Source of the DNA: an uncultured cyanobacterium
GTDB taxonomy: Bacteria; Cyanobacteriota; Cyanobacteriia; PCC-9006; JAAUQQ01
Direction of reading: 5' to 3'
Assembly: GCA_963718615.1 (NCBI GenBank)
Contig: OY970368.1
Span: 3,168,001-3,232,000 of the forward strand
Length of the DNA stretch: 64,000 nt
In this document: positions 1-9,259 of the stretch, piece by piece
Numbering within the stretch: the first letter of the stretch is position 1
How the letters are laid out: each line of letters begins with the position of its first letter
Position numbers and translations under genes: made by a program
The notes under the pieces: model-generated
What the model was told of the DNA's origin: nothing
The model's input: only the letters and a program-made list of their open reading frames with translations
Database searches by the model: none

Positions 1-164
1 GAAGCATATTGGTTTGTAACAACGTCACCGGCGGTTAGGTCATTAAAATTAATTGAAAAGTTGGCAGCGAAGCTTGCTTCAGCCTTGACCATTTGTCCGA
101 CGATACAACCAACTGTTACAGTAGCGACAGACAAAGTACGTGTAATTAAGTTAGAAATAGCCAT
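1..164 (-). CDS. Secreted protein, 5' part only (runs off window); possibly a PEP-CTERM-type protein
   Basis: Not in the ORF track. Manual translation from ATG at 164 gives MAISNLITRTLSVATVTVGCIVGQMVKAEASFAANFSINFNDLTAGDVVTNQYA, a signal peptide-like N-terminus with an open frame to the window edge. PEP-CTERM is inferred only from style and EPS context; the C-terminus is not visible. Confidence 0.6.
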   Translation of the reverse strand, partial: MAISNLITRTLSVATVTVGCIVGQMVKAEASFAANFSINFNDLTAGDVVTNQYA

Positions 165-437
165 AGTTCGACAAGCCTTATTAGATAGAATCTGTACTTA
201 AGATTGTGAATATTCGTAGACTTACGCTCGGGGGGCTTCGAGGTAGTTAGGGTTGCGGAGACATCTTCCGTGCTCCGTGTTGTCTCTTAAGTAATTTTTA
301 GCACTACCAATTCGAGGGCTTCTACGTATTTAGGGTTTATTTAGCGCGTCTTCATCACAAACCATCTCTAGGATGAAGGTGTAACAAAATATCTCTTGAA
401 GGAAGAGATTTGTGTCCACAGAAGCGATCGCTTCAAA

Positions 438-468
438 CACGAAAAGAGGTGGTCTGAGACCACCTCTT
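438..468 (-). terminator. Intrinsic terminator downstream of galE
   Basis: Perfect 12-bp inverted repeat AAGAGGTGGTCT-G-AGACCACCTCTT (444-468), ending in TTTTCGTGTTT on the minus strand. Confidence 0.7.
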
Positions 469-541
469 GGGAAAGCGATTGAAAATTGTGGAACTTATAC
501 CAGACTGCCGCCGTATGCCGCAATCAAACCGGTCAACTTGT

Positions 542-1627
542 CTATCCTAAGGGCGAAACCACTGAAGATTGCTGTCGGGGTACCTGCGGAGCCGCGATCG
601 CCCCAGGTCTTTCTAAGCTTCTAGAAATCTCTGTTTCCAGCACTAATCTATCCCTCTTCAGCCTCTCCCAATTCAACGTCGAGTGAACAATCGTATCTAG
701 CTGATCATACTGAGGCTGCCATCCTAGGATTTCACGGATTTTTTGCCCCGAGGCAATTACGCAAGCCGGATCACCCAAACGTCGCTCGGTTTCAATGACC
801 GGAAAATCGAGGTCTGCGATCGCCTTCACCCGCTCAATCACCTGCCGTACGCTATAGCCTTGTCCATAGCCGCAGTTCAGAACCTGACTGGATTGACCTG
901 CTTCCAAATAACGCAAAGCATCCAAATGGGCCGTAGCCAAGTCCTCTACATGGATATAGTCCCGAATCCCCGTACCGTCCGGCGTCGCAAAATCCGTGCC
1001 AAACACTCGCACCCCTGGCCGACGCCCCAGTGCCGCATCGCAGGCGACCCGGATTAAATGGCTAGCATTGGGGGTCATTTGACCCAGACGCTGCTCTGGA
1101 TCGGCTCCCGCGACATTGAAGTAGCGCAGAATCACATAGCGTAGCGAAGAAGCCTGGGCTAAATCCCGCAGAATCCACTCACTGGCCAACTTCGACTTGC
1201 CATAGGGATTGATCGGAACCGTTGGCGTTTCTTCGGTTACCGGATTTGTCTGAGGTTCGCCGTAAACTGCGGCTGTGCTAGAGAAGATGAATTGCTTCAC
1301 CCCAAAAACCTCACAACATCGCAGCAGATTTAGCGTATTGCGCGTGTTATTACCGTAGTAATCTAAGGGATATTGTACTGATTCTGGCGCGACTAAACTA
1401 GCGGCAAAATGCAGAACCGTATTGAACTGATATTGCGCAAACGTTTGATAAAGCCGATGCAAATCGGCCAGATCCCCTCGAATCAATTTTCCATAGAGAA
1501 CTGATTCTGCAAGCCCTGTTGAACAATTGTCGTAAACTATAATATCGTAGCCCGCTTCACCCAGTTGTCGAACAACATGGGAGCCGATATAACCTGCGCC
1601 ACCCGTTACTAAAACTGTTTTGCTCAT
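542..1627 (-). CDS. galE: UDP-glucose 4-epimerase
   Basis: TGGAGYIGSH Rossmann motif, YGKSK (YxxxK), LRYFNVAGA, RDYIHVEDLA. Confidence 0.95.
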   Translation of the reverse strand: MSKTVLVTGGAGYIGSHVVRQLGEAGYDIIVYDNCSTGLAESVLYGKLIRGDLADLHRLYQTFAQYQFNTVLHFAASLVAPESVQYPLDYYGNNTRNTLNLLRCCEVFGVKQFIFSSTAAVYGEPQTNPVTEETPTVPINPYGKSKLASEWILRDLAQASSLRYVILRYFNVAGADPEQRLGQMTPNASHLIRVACDAALGRRPGVRVFGTDFATPDGTGIRDYIHVEDLATAHLDALRYLEAGQSSQVLNCGYGQGYSVRQVIERVKAIADLDFPVIETERRLGDPACVIASGQKIREILGWQPQYDQLDTIVHSTLNWERLKRDRLVLETEISRSLERPGAIAAPQVPRQQSSVVSPLG

Positions 1628-3096
1628 CGACCTTTTCCCAAAAGAACAACTCGGATCGTTTTGATGACAATGACTAGGTCAAGCCAAAGCGAATAGTTTT
1701 TGATGTAATACAGGTCGTAGGACACCTTTTCATAGGCATCTTCAAGGGATGCACCGTAGGGATACATCACCTGAGCCCAGCCGGTAATGCCAGGTTTAAC
1801 GCTGTAGCGTGCCTGATAGTGGGGAATTTGCTGAGCTAGTTTTTCATCAAATTCAGGCCGTTCTGGACGGGGACCAATCAGGCTCATTTCGCCTTTCAAA
1901 ACGTTCCAAATTTGAGGTAACTCATCAATCCGTAGAATTCTCAACCAATGCCCCACTCGGGTAATCCGAGGATCTCGCTCACTGGCCCATTGGGCTCCGC
2001 GTTTCTCAGCATCTTGGTGCATGGAGCGAAACTTATAAACCAGAAAGGGTTTACCGTTGAGGCCGTTGCGGAGTTGGCTGTAAAATATAGGACCAGGGCT
2101 ATCGAGCTTGATGGCGATCGCCACCCCACCCATCAGCGGCAGCGCCAACAGCAATAAAGTTGCTGCCATTCCCAAATCAAAAACGCGTTTCGTTGCCGTT
2201 GCCAAACGACTATGAGCCAACTGAAACCCAGACCGAAAGGCAAACCAATCCGCCTCGACTAAACCGGGGGGAATCTTCCGCCAAAAGCGTTCGCAAAAAT
2301 CTGCCAAACTATAGATTGCTCCTCCCTTGAGACGAGTACGCATTAATTGCTGTTCCTGTTCAGAGGAGAGCGTTACCGTTGGGCTGACTAAAATACCGGT
2401 CCAAGAGCGATTGATAGTCGCACAATGGTGTAAGTTTTCCACTTTTGGAAACGGCCTAACGGAATTGAGGCCTGCATCATTGAGACCTGCATCATTGAGA
2501 CCCGCATCTTCTGGCTCAGGCATCGTTTGCGGATGATCCACAAACCAAGAAAGCTGCGCTTCCGGATTCCAGCGGGAAAAGGCGGTGCCAAATTGTGAAA
2601 GATGCTTAGCATCGGATAAAACCAGCCAACGCGATTGACGGGCTGCATTGGCCTGCCATTGGGATAGGAGCGATCGCATCGTCATCGCCCCAGCCACAAA
2701 CACCGACATTGCTAACACAAACAAATAGCTAACAATCGCGTCAGATACTATTGCTTGCAGCAGCAGCCAGCTCATCAGACCTCCAAAGACTGAGCCAAGC
2801 AAGGTCCGATATTGTAGCGATAGGCCTAATAAGGGACTATCGAAGCGATAGGTATCAAATAGATATAAAAAGGCAAAAATAATGAGAATTGGCCAAGAAA
2901 GCCCAGCTAGGACTGTCGGGCTGACATTCGGATGAATCGGATGAAACAGAATAAGCGAAACTAAAATACTCAAAAACCAGATACCTAAATCTCCCAAAAG
3001 AAGCTTAAATCGAGCAATGGAAGCATTGAGACTCCAAGACGAAGCCCCAAGCCAGTTCACAATTGGCTGTGTCATATCGATTTCCCTGCAATGCAA
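1624..3096 (-). CDS. Polyprenyl glycosylphosphotransferase (priming sugar transferase, WcaJ/WbaP-like)
   Basis: N-terminal TM helices; C-terminal KFRSM, DPRITRVG, RIDELPQIWNVLKGEMSLIGPRPE, KPGITGWAQV. Start may be ATG 3075 or 3096. Overlaps the galE start by 4 nt. Confidence 0.93.
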   Translation of the reverse strand: MHCREIDMTQPIVNWLGASSWSLNASIARFKLLLGDLGIWFLSILVSLILFHPIHPNVSPTVLAGLSWPILIIFAFLYLFDTYRFDSPLLGLSLQYRTLLGSVFGGLMSWLLLQAIVSDAIVSYLFVLAMSVFVAGAMTMRSLLSQWQANAARQSRWLVLSDAKHLSQFGTAFSRWNPEAQLSWFVDHPQTMPEPEDAGLNDAGLNDAGLNSVRPFPKVENLHHCATINRSWTGILVSPTVTLSSEQEQQLMRTRLKGGAIYSLADFCERFWRKIPPGLVEADWFAFRSGFQLAHSRLATATKRVFDLGMAATLLLLALPLMGGVAIAIKLDSPGPIFYSQLRNGLNGKPFLVYKFRSMHQDAEKRGAQWASERDPRITRVGHWLRILRIDELPQIWNVLKGEMSLIGPRPERPEFDEKLAQQIPHYQARYSVKPGITGWAQVMYPYGASLEDAYEKVSYDLYYIKNYSLWLDLVIVIKTIRVVLLGKGR

Positions 3097-3680
3097 TTAC
3101 ACAATTGGCTGTGTTTTTCTGTGGTTCAGAGATTCGGCTCAATACAGCAGATAGATTGAAATGAGAACAAATAGAGAAACAGAAAACCTTTTAGTAGAGG
3201 CATTCTGATTCGTTTCAATCTATGAACTTAATCAAACCCTAAGGTAGATAGGAATGGCATGAGTCCGATTAGGTAATCAGAGTCTCAGTCTCTTTGAAGC
3301 CTAGCAAAACTTTTTCTTTGATCTAAGGAGAGAAAATACTGAAAATCGGGATCTACTGAGAGCTTAAATCCGTAAGATTTACCAATTCCTACAGAGCTAC
3401 CTTCAGCAATCTCTACAGTGGATGTCCTATAGGTATCTACGAATATAGAACTAAGTTCACGGGTCTCTAATGGATCTGGCGGACGTCTATAGTTTTTCTA
3501 GTCTTATGGGAAAAATAAATTTATAGCAGGATGCCTACCCATCACGCTGCTCATCCTCAGCAAATCTCCGTATTTTTGCGAGGGAGGCCATTCCCTAATT
3601 TCTCTAGGGACAGATCTCCCTGTGGATATTTGATACAGCGTCTGTATGCTAAGCCCATTACATTTGCCGAACGGATTGCT

Positions 3681-5918
3681 ATGCAAAGCTTTCAATCTGT
3701 GGATTCCAGCTCAGATTACATCGATTTGAATCAATGCTGGAAGGCCCTCAAGCGTCGTTGGTTACCCGCAATCTGCGTGTTTGGAGCGGTCACTGCCATT
3801 GTTGGAGGTATAACCTCTCTACAGATCCCCATCTATGAAGCAGAAGGAAAGCTGCTATTTAATAAAAATAACCGAACCTCGTCTTTAGCAGGTCTCAGCC
3901 AAGAGGCTTCAGAGCTCAGTGGCCTCACGCAGCAAAGCAGTCCGCTCGATACCCAGGCAGAAGTGATTCGTTCTGTTCCTTTGGTCAAGCGAACGATTGA
4001 CAGTCTCAAATTGGTCGATCGCCAAGGTCAACTCATCCGTTCTGAGGCGTTTCTGAACAATTTAAAGATTAAGACCGTACGCGGTACAGATGTCTTGAGT
4101 TTGTCCTATCGTAGCGATGATCCCAAACAAGCGGCTGCGGTAATCAATACATTAATGTCACTGTATTTGGATAACGATATCATTACCAACCGGGCTGAAG
4201 CCAAAGCTGCCCGAAACTTTATTAATCAAGAACTTCCGGCAGTTGAAAAGCGAGTCGTTGCCGCTGAAGTGAATCTACGCCAGTTTCAGGAAAAGCATGG
4301 CATTGTGGCACTGGATGAGGAAGCCAAATCTGCCATTGGAGTCATTGCCAGTATTGAAAATCAGCTCACCCAGGCTCAATCGGCCCTCGCCGATGCCAGT
4401 CGTCGCGCCGCCGTCTTGCAACAACAGGTGGGCATGAACTCCCGAGCCGCAGTTGAACTGAGTAATCTCAATCAATCTGAAGGCGTCCAAAAGACATTAG
4501 CAGAATATCGGCAGGTGCAAGATGAGCTGGCTGTGGAACGCTTACGGTTCCAGGATACTCATCCAGCCATCCAACATCTCGTTCGTAAAGAAGCGGTCCT
4601 CCAGCAACAGTTGCAGGAACGGGTGGCTCAGGTGGTGGGTGCAGCTCCAGGCTCGGCAGAACCCTATTTGCAAATGGGGGCGACCAAACAGCAGTTGGCT
4701 CAAGACTTAGTCAGAACGGAAGCGGAGCGGCTCGGTTTAGCCGATCGCGTTGGTGCCTTATCCCGAGTGTATCAGGCCTATCGCGATCGCCTTAAAGTGG
4801 TGCCACAACTAGAGCAAACCCAGCGTCAGCTAGAACGAGAACTCAAAGCCTCTCAGTCCACCTACGAGCAGTTGCTGACTAAACTTCAGGAAGTTCAGGT
4901 GGTTGAAAATCAGAATGTGGGAAATGCCCGCATCATGGCTCAGGCGGTTGCACCGGAGGGAGCGATCACCCCCCAAAAAGCTCGAAATTTAGCTTTGGGC
5001 GGCTTTTTAGGGCTCACACTAGGAGCAGGAGCCGCACTGCTGCTCGATGCTCGGGACACTTCGGTGAAAACCGTTGAGGAAGCGGAGCGCGCCCTGGGAT
5101 ACACCTTGCTAGGTCGCATTCCTGAGTTACCCCCCGTTGCGACAGGTGCGACGGTGCAAGAATTACCGGTGCGGGATAACCCCTATTCACCCGCCAGTGC
5201 TGCCTACGAAATGCTACAGGCAACGCTAGATTTTGCGTTGCCAGATCAACCCCTCAAACAAATTGTGGTGACCAGTGCAGTTCCCGGTGAAGGCAAGTCG
5301 TCGGTTTCAGCGAACTTGGCGGTGGCGATGGCCCAGATGGGGCGGCGGGTCTTGCTGGTAGATGCGGATATGCGTCGCCCCCGCCAACACCAAATTTGGA
5401 AGGTTTCCAACTTTGTTGGGCTCAGTGATGTGCTGGTCGGTCGAGCAGAATTTAGCACCGCAGTCCGTGAAGTCCTGGTCAATGTTGATTTACTCTGTTG
5501 TGGCACCATTCCACCCAACCCCTCGGCCTTGCTGGGATCCCATCGCATGGCGGAACTGATGCTGGAGTGGAAGCAGCGCTACGACTGCGTCTTGATTGAT
5601 ACACCTCCCGTCACGTTTTTCCCGGATGCTCTCAAGCTAGGGAAAGAAGCTGGGGGGGTCTTACCCGTGGTTCGACCGGGAACGATCGAGACTAAAGCCG
5701 CAGCCAATATGAAGAACTTGCTTCAGCAAGCTTCTCAAAATGTGTTGGGAATTGTGGCTAATGCAACCCGTTCGGATAACGATTCAGAGAATTATCTGTA
5801 TCAGCATTCCTATTACTATCGTCAGCATGCCGTTGCACCGGCTGAGGCGTTGCGATCGCCCCAGTCCACCGAGCCCCCCGCACTCCCTAAAGCCAACCCT
5901 CGCTCTCGACAGAGTTAA
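3681..5918 (+). CDS. wzc: Wzc/GumC-family polysaccharide co-polymerase and BY-kinase
   Basis: LKRRW plus TM helix, long coiled coil, second TM, Walker A VPGEGKS, DADMRRP, LIDTPP, and C-terminal Tyr cluster NYLYQHSYYY. ATG 3681 preferred over the ORF-track start at 3531. Confidence 0.9.
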   Translation: MQSFQSVDSSSDYIDLNQCWKALKRRWLPAICVFGAVTAIVGGITSLQIPIYEAEGKLLFNKNNRTSSLAGLSQEASELSGLTQQSSPLDTQAEVIRSVPLVKRTIDSLKLVDRQGQLIRSEAFLNNLKIKTVRGTDVLSLSYRSDDPKQAAAVINTLMSLYLDNDIITNRAEAKAARNFINQELPAVEKRVVAAEVNLRQFQEKHGIVALDEEAKSAIGVIASIENQLTQAQSALADASRRAAVLQQQVGMNSRAAVELSNLNQSEGVQKTLAEYRQVQDELAVERLRFQDTHPAIQHLVRKEAVLQQQLQERVAQVVGAAPGSAEPYLQMGATKQQLAQDLVRTEAERLGLADRVGALSRVYQAYRDRLKVVPQLEQTQRQLERELKASQSTYEQLLTKLQEVQVVENQNVGNARIMAQAVAPEGAITPQKARNLALGGFLGLTLGAGAALLLDARDTSVKTVEEAERALGYTLLGRIPELPPVATGATVQELPVRDNPYSPASAAYEMLQATLDFALPDQPLKQIVVTSAVPGEGKSSVSANLAVAMAQMGRRVLLVDADMRRPRQHQIWKVSNFVGLSDVLVGRAEFSTAVREVLVNVDLLCCGTIPPNPSALLGSHRMAELMLEWKQRYDCVLIDTPPVTFFPDALKLGKEAGGVLPVVRPGTIETKAAANMKNLLQQASQNVLGIVANATRSDNDSENYLYQHSYYYRQHAVAPAEALRSPQSTEPPALPKANPRSRQS

Positions 5919-6006
5919 GGCAAGGGCCAAACCTTCACCTCGATCGGTTGTTCGATTCAGCTTCGTTCAATAACGTTCTATGTTCTTAAAATCGTGAGGA
6001 TTTCCA

Positions 6007-6939
6007 ATGCCACACATGAGTGGGTGCAGTTTACCGATGCGATCATTTCGTTTAGTCCCGAGCTTTTTTCTGCCGTTGCTGTTACCCAGCATGGCGCAGG
6101 CGTTGCCAGATGAGGTGCCCGGAGCCCTAGCTTTTCCGGTGGAAGTCCTGGGTCAAACCTCTTTGCCGGATTCTTCCAATACCGTTGGTGATACCTTAAA
6201 TCCCAGCCAGGTTGAGCAGTTGCGCCAGGAACTTTTGCTGCCTCCAGTGGTGTTTCAGCCTCCGCGTGCGGCTTCTCCTGGTTCGTCTTTAGGGAGTCCT
6301 AGTGCCTTTGGGGCAAGATGGGGAACGGCGTTTGCGGGGATTTCCTATGCTTCTCAACCAGATAATGTTGATAAGGCCGATGGCTCAAGTGTGATTGGGA
6401 TGGGTTTTGGAGACCCGGTTGAAAGCCTAGGGTTAGAGGTAAATGTTGGCATTATCAGTTTAGCCAATGCCTTTGCCGACAGTGGCGCTGTGGGCTTTAA
6501 AGTGCATAAGGTAATCCCCGAAGCGGGAAATTTGGGCCTTGCGGTTGGCTGGTCCAATGCCTTGAGATGGGGGGATGCAGAGAAGGCTAAGGATACGATT
6601 TATGGCGTTGCCACCCAGCAATTTCGTTTACGACCTCAGGCAGACAATGAATTGCCCTTGACAATTTCGATGGGGATTGGCACAGGGGGATTTCGCTCGA
6701 AGGGGGCGATCGCCGCTCGGGACAACGCCGCTAATGTTTTTGCCAGTGCCGGTCTCAAAGTCATTCCTGAACTATCCCTGATTTCCAACTGGACCGGAAA
6801 TCAACTTAATCTAGGCGTTTCTACAGCTCCGGTTCGGCAATTACCGATGGTGTTTAGCTTAGGGGTTTCTGACGTGACAAACAACACTTCTGGGGGACCT
6901 CGCTTTTTGTTTAATGTGGGCTATTCGGTCAAATTTTAA
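6007..6939 (+). CDS. Secreted hypothetical protein, probable outer-membrane beta-barrel
   Basis: Signal peptide (..PSMAQA), Gly-rich alternating beta-strand pattern, and C-terminal FNVGYSVKF ending in an aromatic residue like a beta-signal. Confidence 0.6.
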   Translation: MPHMSGCSLPMRSFRLVPSFFLPLLLPSMAQALPDEVPGALAFPVEVLGQTSLPDSSNTVGDTLNPSQVEQLRQELLLPPVVFQPPRAASPGSSLGSPSAFGARWGTAFAGISYASQPDNVDKADGSSVIGMGFGDPVESLGLEVNVGIISLANAFADSGAVGFKVHKVIPEAGNLGLAVGWSNALRWGDAEKAKDTIYGVATQQFRLRPQADNELPLTISMGIGTGGFRSKGAIAARDNAANVFASAGLKVIPELSLISNWTGNQLNLGVSTAPVRQLPMVFSLGVSDVTNNTSGGPRFLFNVGYSVKF

Positions 6940-6953
6940 GGGTGTCTAATACC

Positions 6954-7640
6954 ATGAATCAATTCTCTTTTGATCTGCCTTCGCTGGGCCGTTTGATTGG
7001 GGTAATGACCCTCAGCAGTACGGTTTGTAGTTTATGCAATGGTCTGCTCCCCAATAGCTTTACAACTCCGGCCTGGGCCGGAACCGATCCAGTCCAGGCC
7101 GGAGATTCTTCTTCGTCGGGTACGTTTGATTTTGGGCCAGATGCTTCAACCCCATCAAGAGAGGGAAGGGAAGGGGAGGCAGCAGTTCAAAGTGCGCTAA
7201 GCACCTTTGCTGAAGCGTTGAATGGTAGTGATTTAGGCGCGGCAGCTCAAAAAGCCTTTAGTACACCTCCGGCTTCAAAAAACCAGATTTCCAACACGGT
7301 TGCGGCAATCAAAAAGGGAGGTGATCTAGCAACCACCATCACAACGAATGGGGGAAGTGAAGCTACTGTTGCCCTTGCCACAGGGATGGTGGCAGTCCTG
7401 GGGAGCGATGCGTCCCCCACCGTGGCGGCGGCGGTAGCCCAGGTAGCGCTCAGTCTTCAAGGACTAACGACAGGGACGACGATTAATGGAGCACAGCTCG
7501 CCGCCGGAGTGGATGCCTTCAATGGGCTCGTCGATGCCCTCAGTAACGACCAAGTGATCAGTGCTGTCAAGAGCAGTGAACTACAGCAGCTCAGAAACGC
7601 CTTGGCGAGTTTGGTCGTGGCCTTGTCTCCCTCGCCCTAA
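6954..7640 (+). CDS. Secreted Ala/Thr-rich hypothetical protein
   Basis: Signal-like N-terminus ending PAWA, helical Ala-rich body, directly follows the barrel gene. Start GTG 6942 or ATG 6954. Confidence 0.6.
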   Translation: MNQFSFDLPSLGRLIGVMTLSSTVCSLCNGLLPNSFTTPAWAGTDPVQAGDSSSSGTFDFGPDASTPSREGREGEAAVQSALSTFAEALNGSDLGAAAQKAFSTPPASKNQISNTVAAIKKGGDLATTITTNGGSEATVALATGMVAVLGSDASPTVAAAVAQVALSLQGLTTGTTINGAQLAAGVDAFNGLVDALSNDQVISAVKSSELQQLRNALASLVVALSPSP

Positions 7641-7662
7641 ATCCTCACCCTAAACTTCTTTC

Positions 7663-9180
7663 TTAAACCTCCAACACCACCCGATCAACAGGCCGAGCAA
7701 TGCAGGGCAAAATTACCCCATTGGCTTGGTCTGTTTCGCTGAGCGCGCGCGGTTCATTGCGATAGGTCACGCTGCCAGAGCAGAGGGTTTGTTTGCAGAC
7801 GCCACAAACGCCAGAACGACAGGCATTGGGAATCGCGATCGCCGCTGCTTCGGCTACTTCCAAAATCGAATCTTCTCCCGAACAATGGATTTCCTGCTCG
7901 GAGGCAGAAAACACAATGATGGCACCCGCATTGGGGACCTCTAGATCGGATTGACCACCATTGGTTACGAGGGAAGATTGAGCATTTTGAGCCTTAACCG
8001 ATGGGCCACCAAAGGACTCTTCGTGATACTGAGCCATTGGCAATTGTAGGTCTTCCAACAGTCTTTTGGTTGCGGCCATGAAGCCATTCGGACCACAGAC
8101 GTAGACTTCGCGATCGCCAAAATCCGGCGCGATCGCCCGCAGCATCGCCGCATCGAGTCGTCCTTGATAGCCAAACCAAGACTGGCCGGAGGGCGATCGC
8201 GTCAGCGTAATCGCCAACTTAAATCGAGACTGTTGTGCAGCAAACTGCTCTAACTCCTGGCGATAGACAATATCTTGGGGATCACGGGCGCTGTAGACAA
8301 ACACAATGTCAGTGGTCAGGGCATTGTCGAGAATCCAACGGGTCATGGACATCATGGGAGTAATGCCACTTCCTGCGGCAATGAGCAACAGCTTTTCTGG
8401 CGGGGTTTGTGTACAGCTAAACTCGCCAAAGGGTCCGCTGATTTTCAGGGAATCCCCCACCTTAAAATGGTCATGGAGCCAATTGGAAACCAAGCCTGCG
8501 GGAGCATCGGGAGACTCGGGCGGTGCGGGAACGCGCTTCACACTAATTTCCAAGAGATAGGGCCGTGACGGTGAGGAAGAAATTGAATAGGAGCGAACCA
8601 CCGGCTGACCGTGAATGGTGAGATGTAGGGTGACAAATTGCCCCGGTTGATAGTCAAACCAAACCGCTGGTTCTGCGACAAATCGAAAGGTTTTGACCTG
8701 ACTCGTTTCAGAAATGATTTGCACGCAGCGAACCTCTAAACTACTCTCCGTCCAGGGTCGTAGGCGTTGACTGGGTTGCAACTCCGCGAGAGCCAAAGTA
8801 GGGAGACTCAAGTCACTGGGTTCTATCGGTTCTAATTGAATTGACTCCACGACGAGTACAAAATTGCAAATTCGCAGGATATCATCTGGCTTAAGCAAAA
8901 CATCCTGTGTTGGCAGCAAGACCTCATTATGCAGCCGCGAACCATCGGTGCTGCCTAAATCCGTAAACCAGTACTGACCCTCCCGATAGAGGATTCGGGC
9001 ATGGACGCGACTCACATCCGGGCTATTCAAAATCAGATCACAACCAGGCGTTCGACCAATCATACATTCTCCCAATTTCTGGCCCAATTTCTGGCCCAAT
9101 CTTTGGGGAGAAAAATCGAGAACCTTCTCAAAAACTTCGTGGGTTTCGTAGTTGATGACTTTAAGCATTAACATGAGCAT
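7663..9180 (-). CDS. FHA-domain FAD/NAD(P)-binding oxidoreductase with C-terminal 2Fe-2S ferredoxin (PaaE/Hcr-like reductase)
   Basis: FHA motifs IGR..CD..L....VSR.HA and DLGSTDGS; RSYSISSSP FAD motif; AAGSGITPM; YVCGP; CRSGVCGVC...C. Confidence 0.88.
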   Translation of the reverse strand: MLMLMLKVINYETHEVFEKVLDFSPQRLGQKLGQKLGECMIGRTPGCDLILNSPDVSRVHARILYREGQYWFTDLGSTDGSRLHNEVLLPTQDVLLKPDDILRICNFVLVVESIQLEPIEPSDLSLPTLALAELQPSQRLRPWTESSLEVRCVQIISETSQVKTFRFVAEPAVWFDYQPGQFVTLHLTIHGQPVVRSYSISSSPSRPYLLEISVKRVPAPPESPDAPAGLVSNWLHDHFKVGDSLKISGPFGEFSCTQTPPEKLLLIAAGSGITPMMSMTRWILDNALTTDIVFVYSARDPQDIVYRQELEQFAAQQSRFKLAITLTRSPSGQSWFGYQGRLDAAMLRAIAPDFGDREVYVCGPNGFMAATKRLLEDLQLPMAQYHEESFGGPSVKAQNAQSSLVTNGGQSDLEVPNAGAIIVFSASEQEIHCSGEDSILEVAEAAAIAIPNACRSGVCGVCKQTLCSGSVTYRNEPRALSETDQANGVILPCIARPVDRVVLEV

Positions 9181-9259
9181 TCACCGGGGGTAGATCACAC
9201 GACTCAGTCAGATAGATTTAACCAGATAGATTCAACAGGGAAACCGCTCAGAAAAACCG

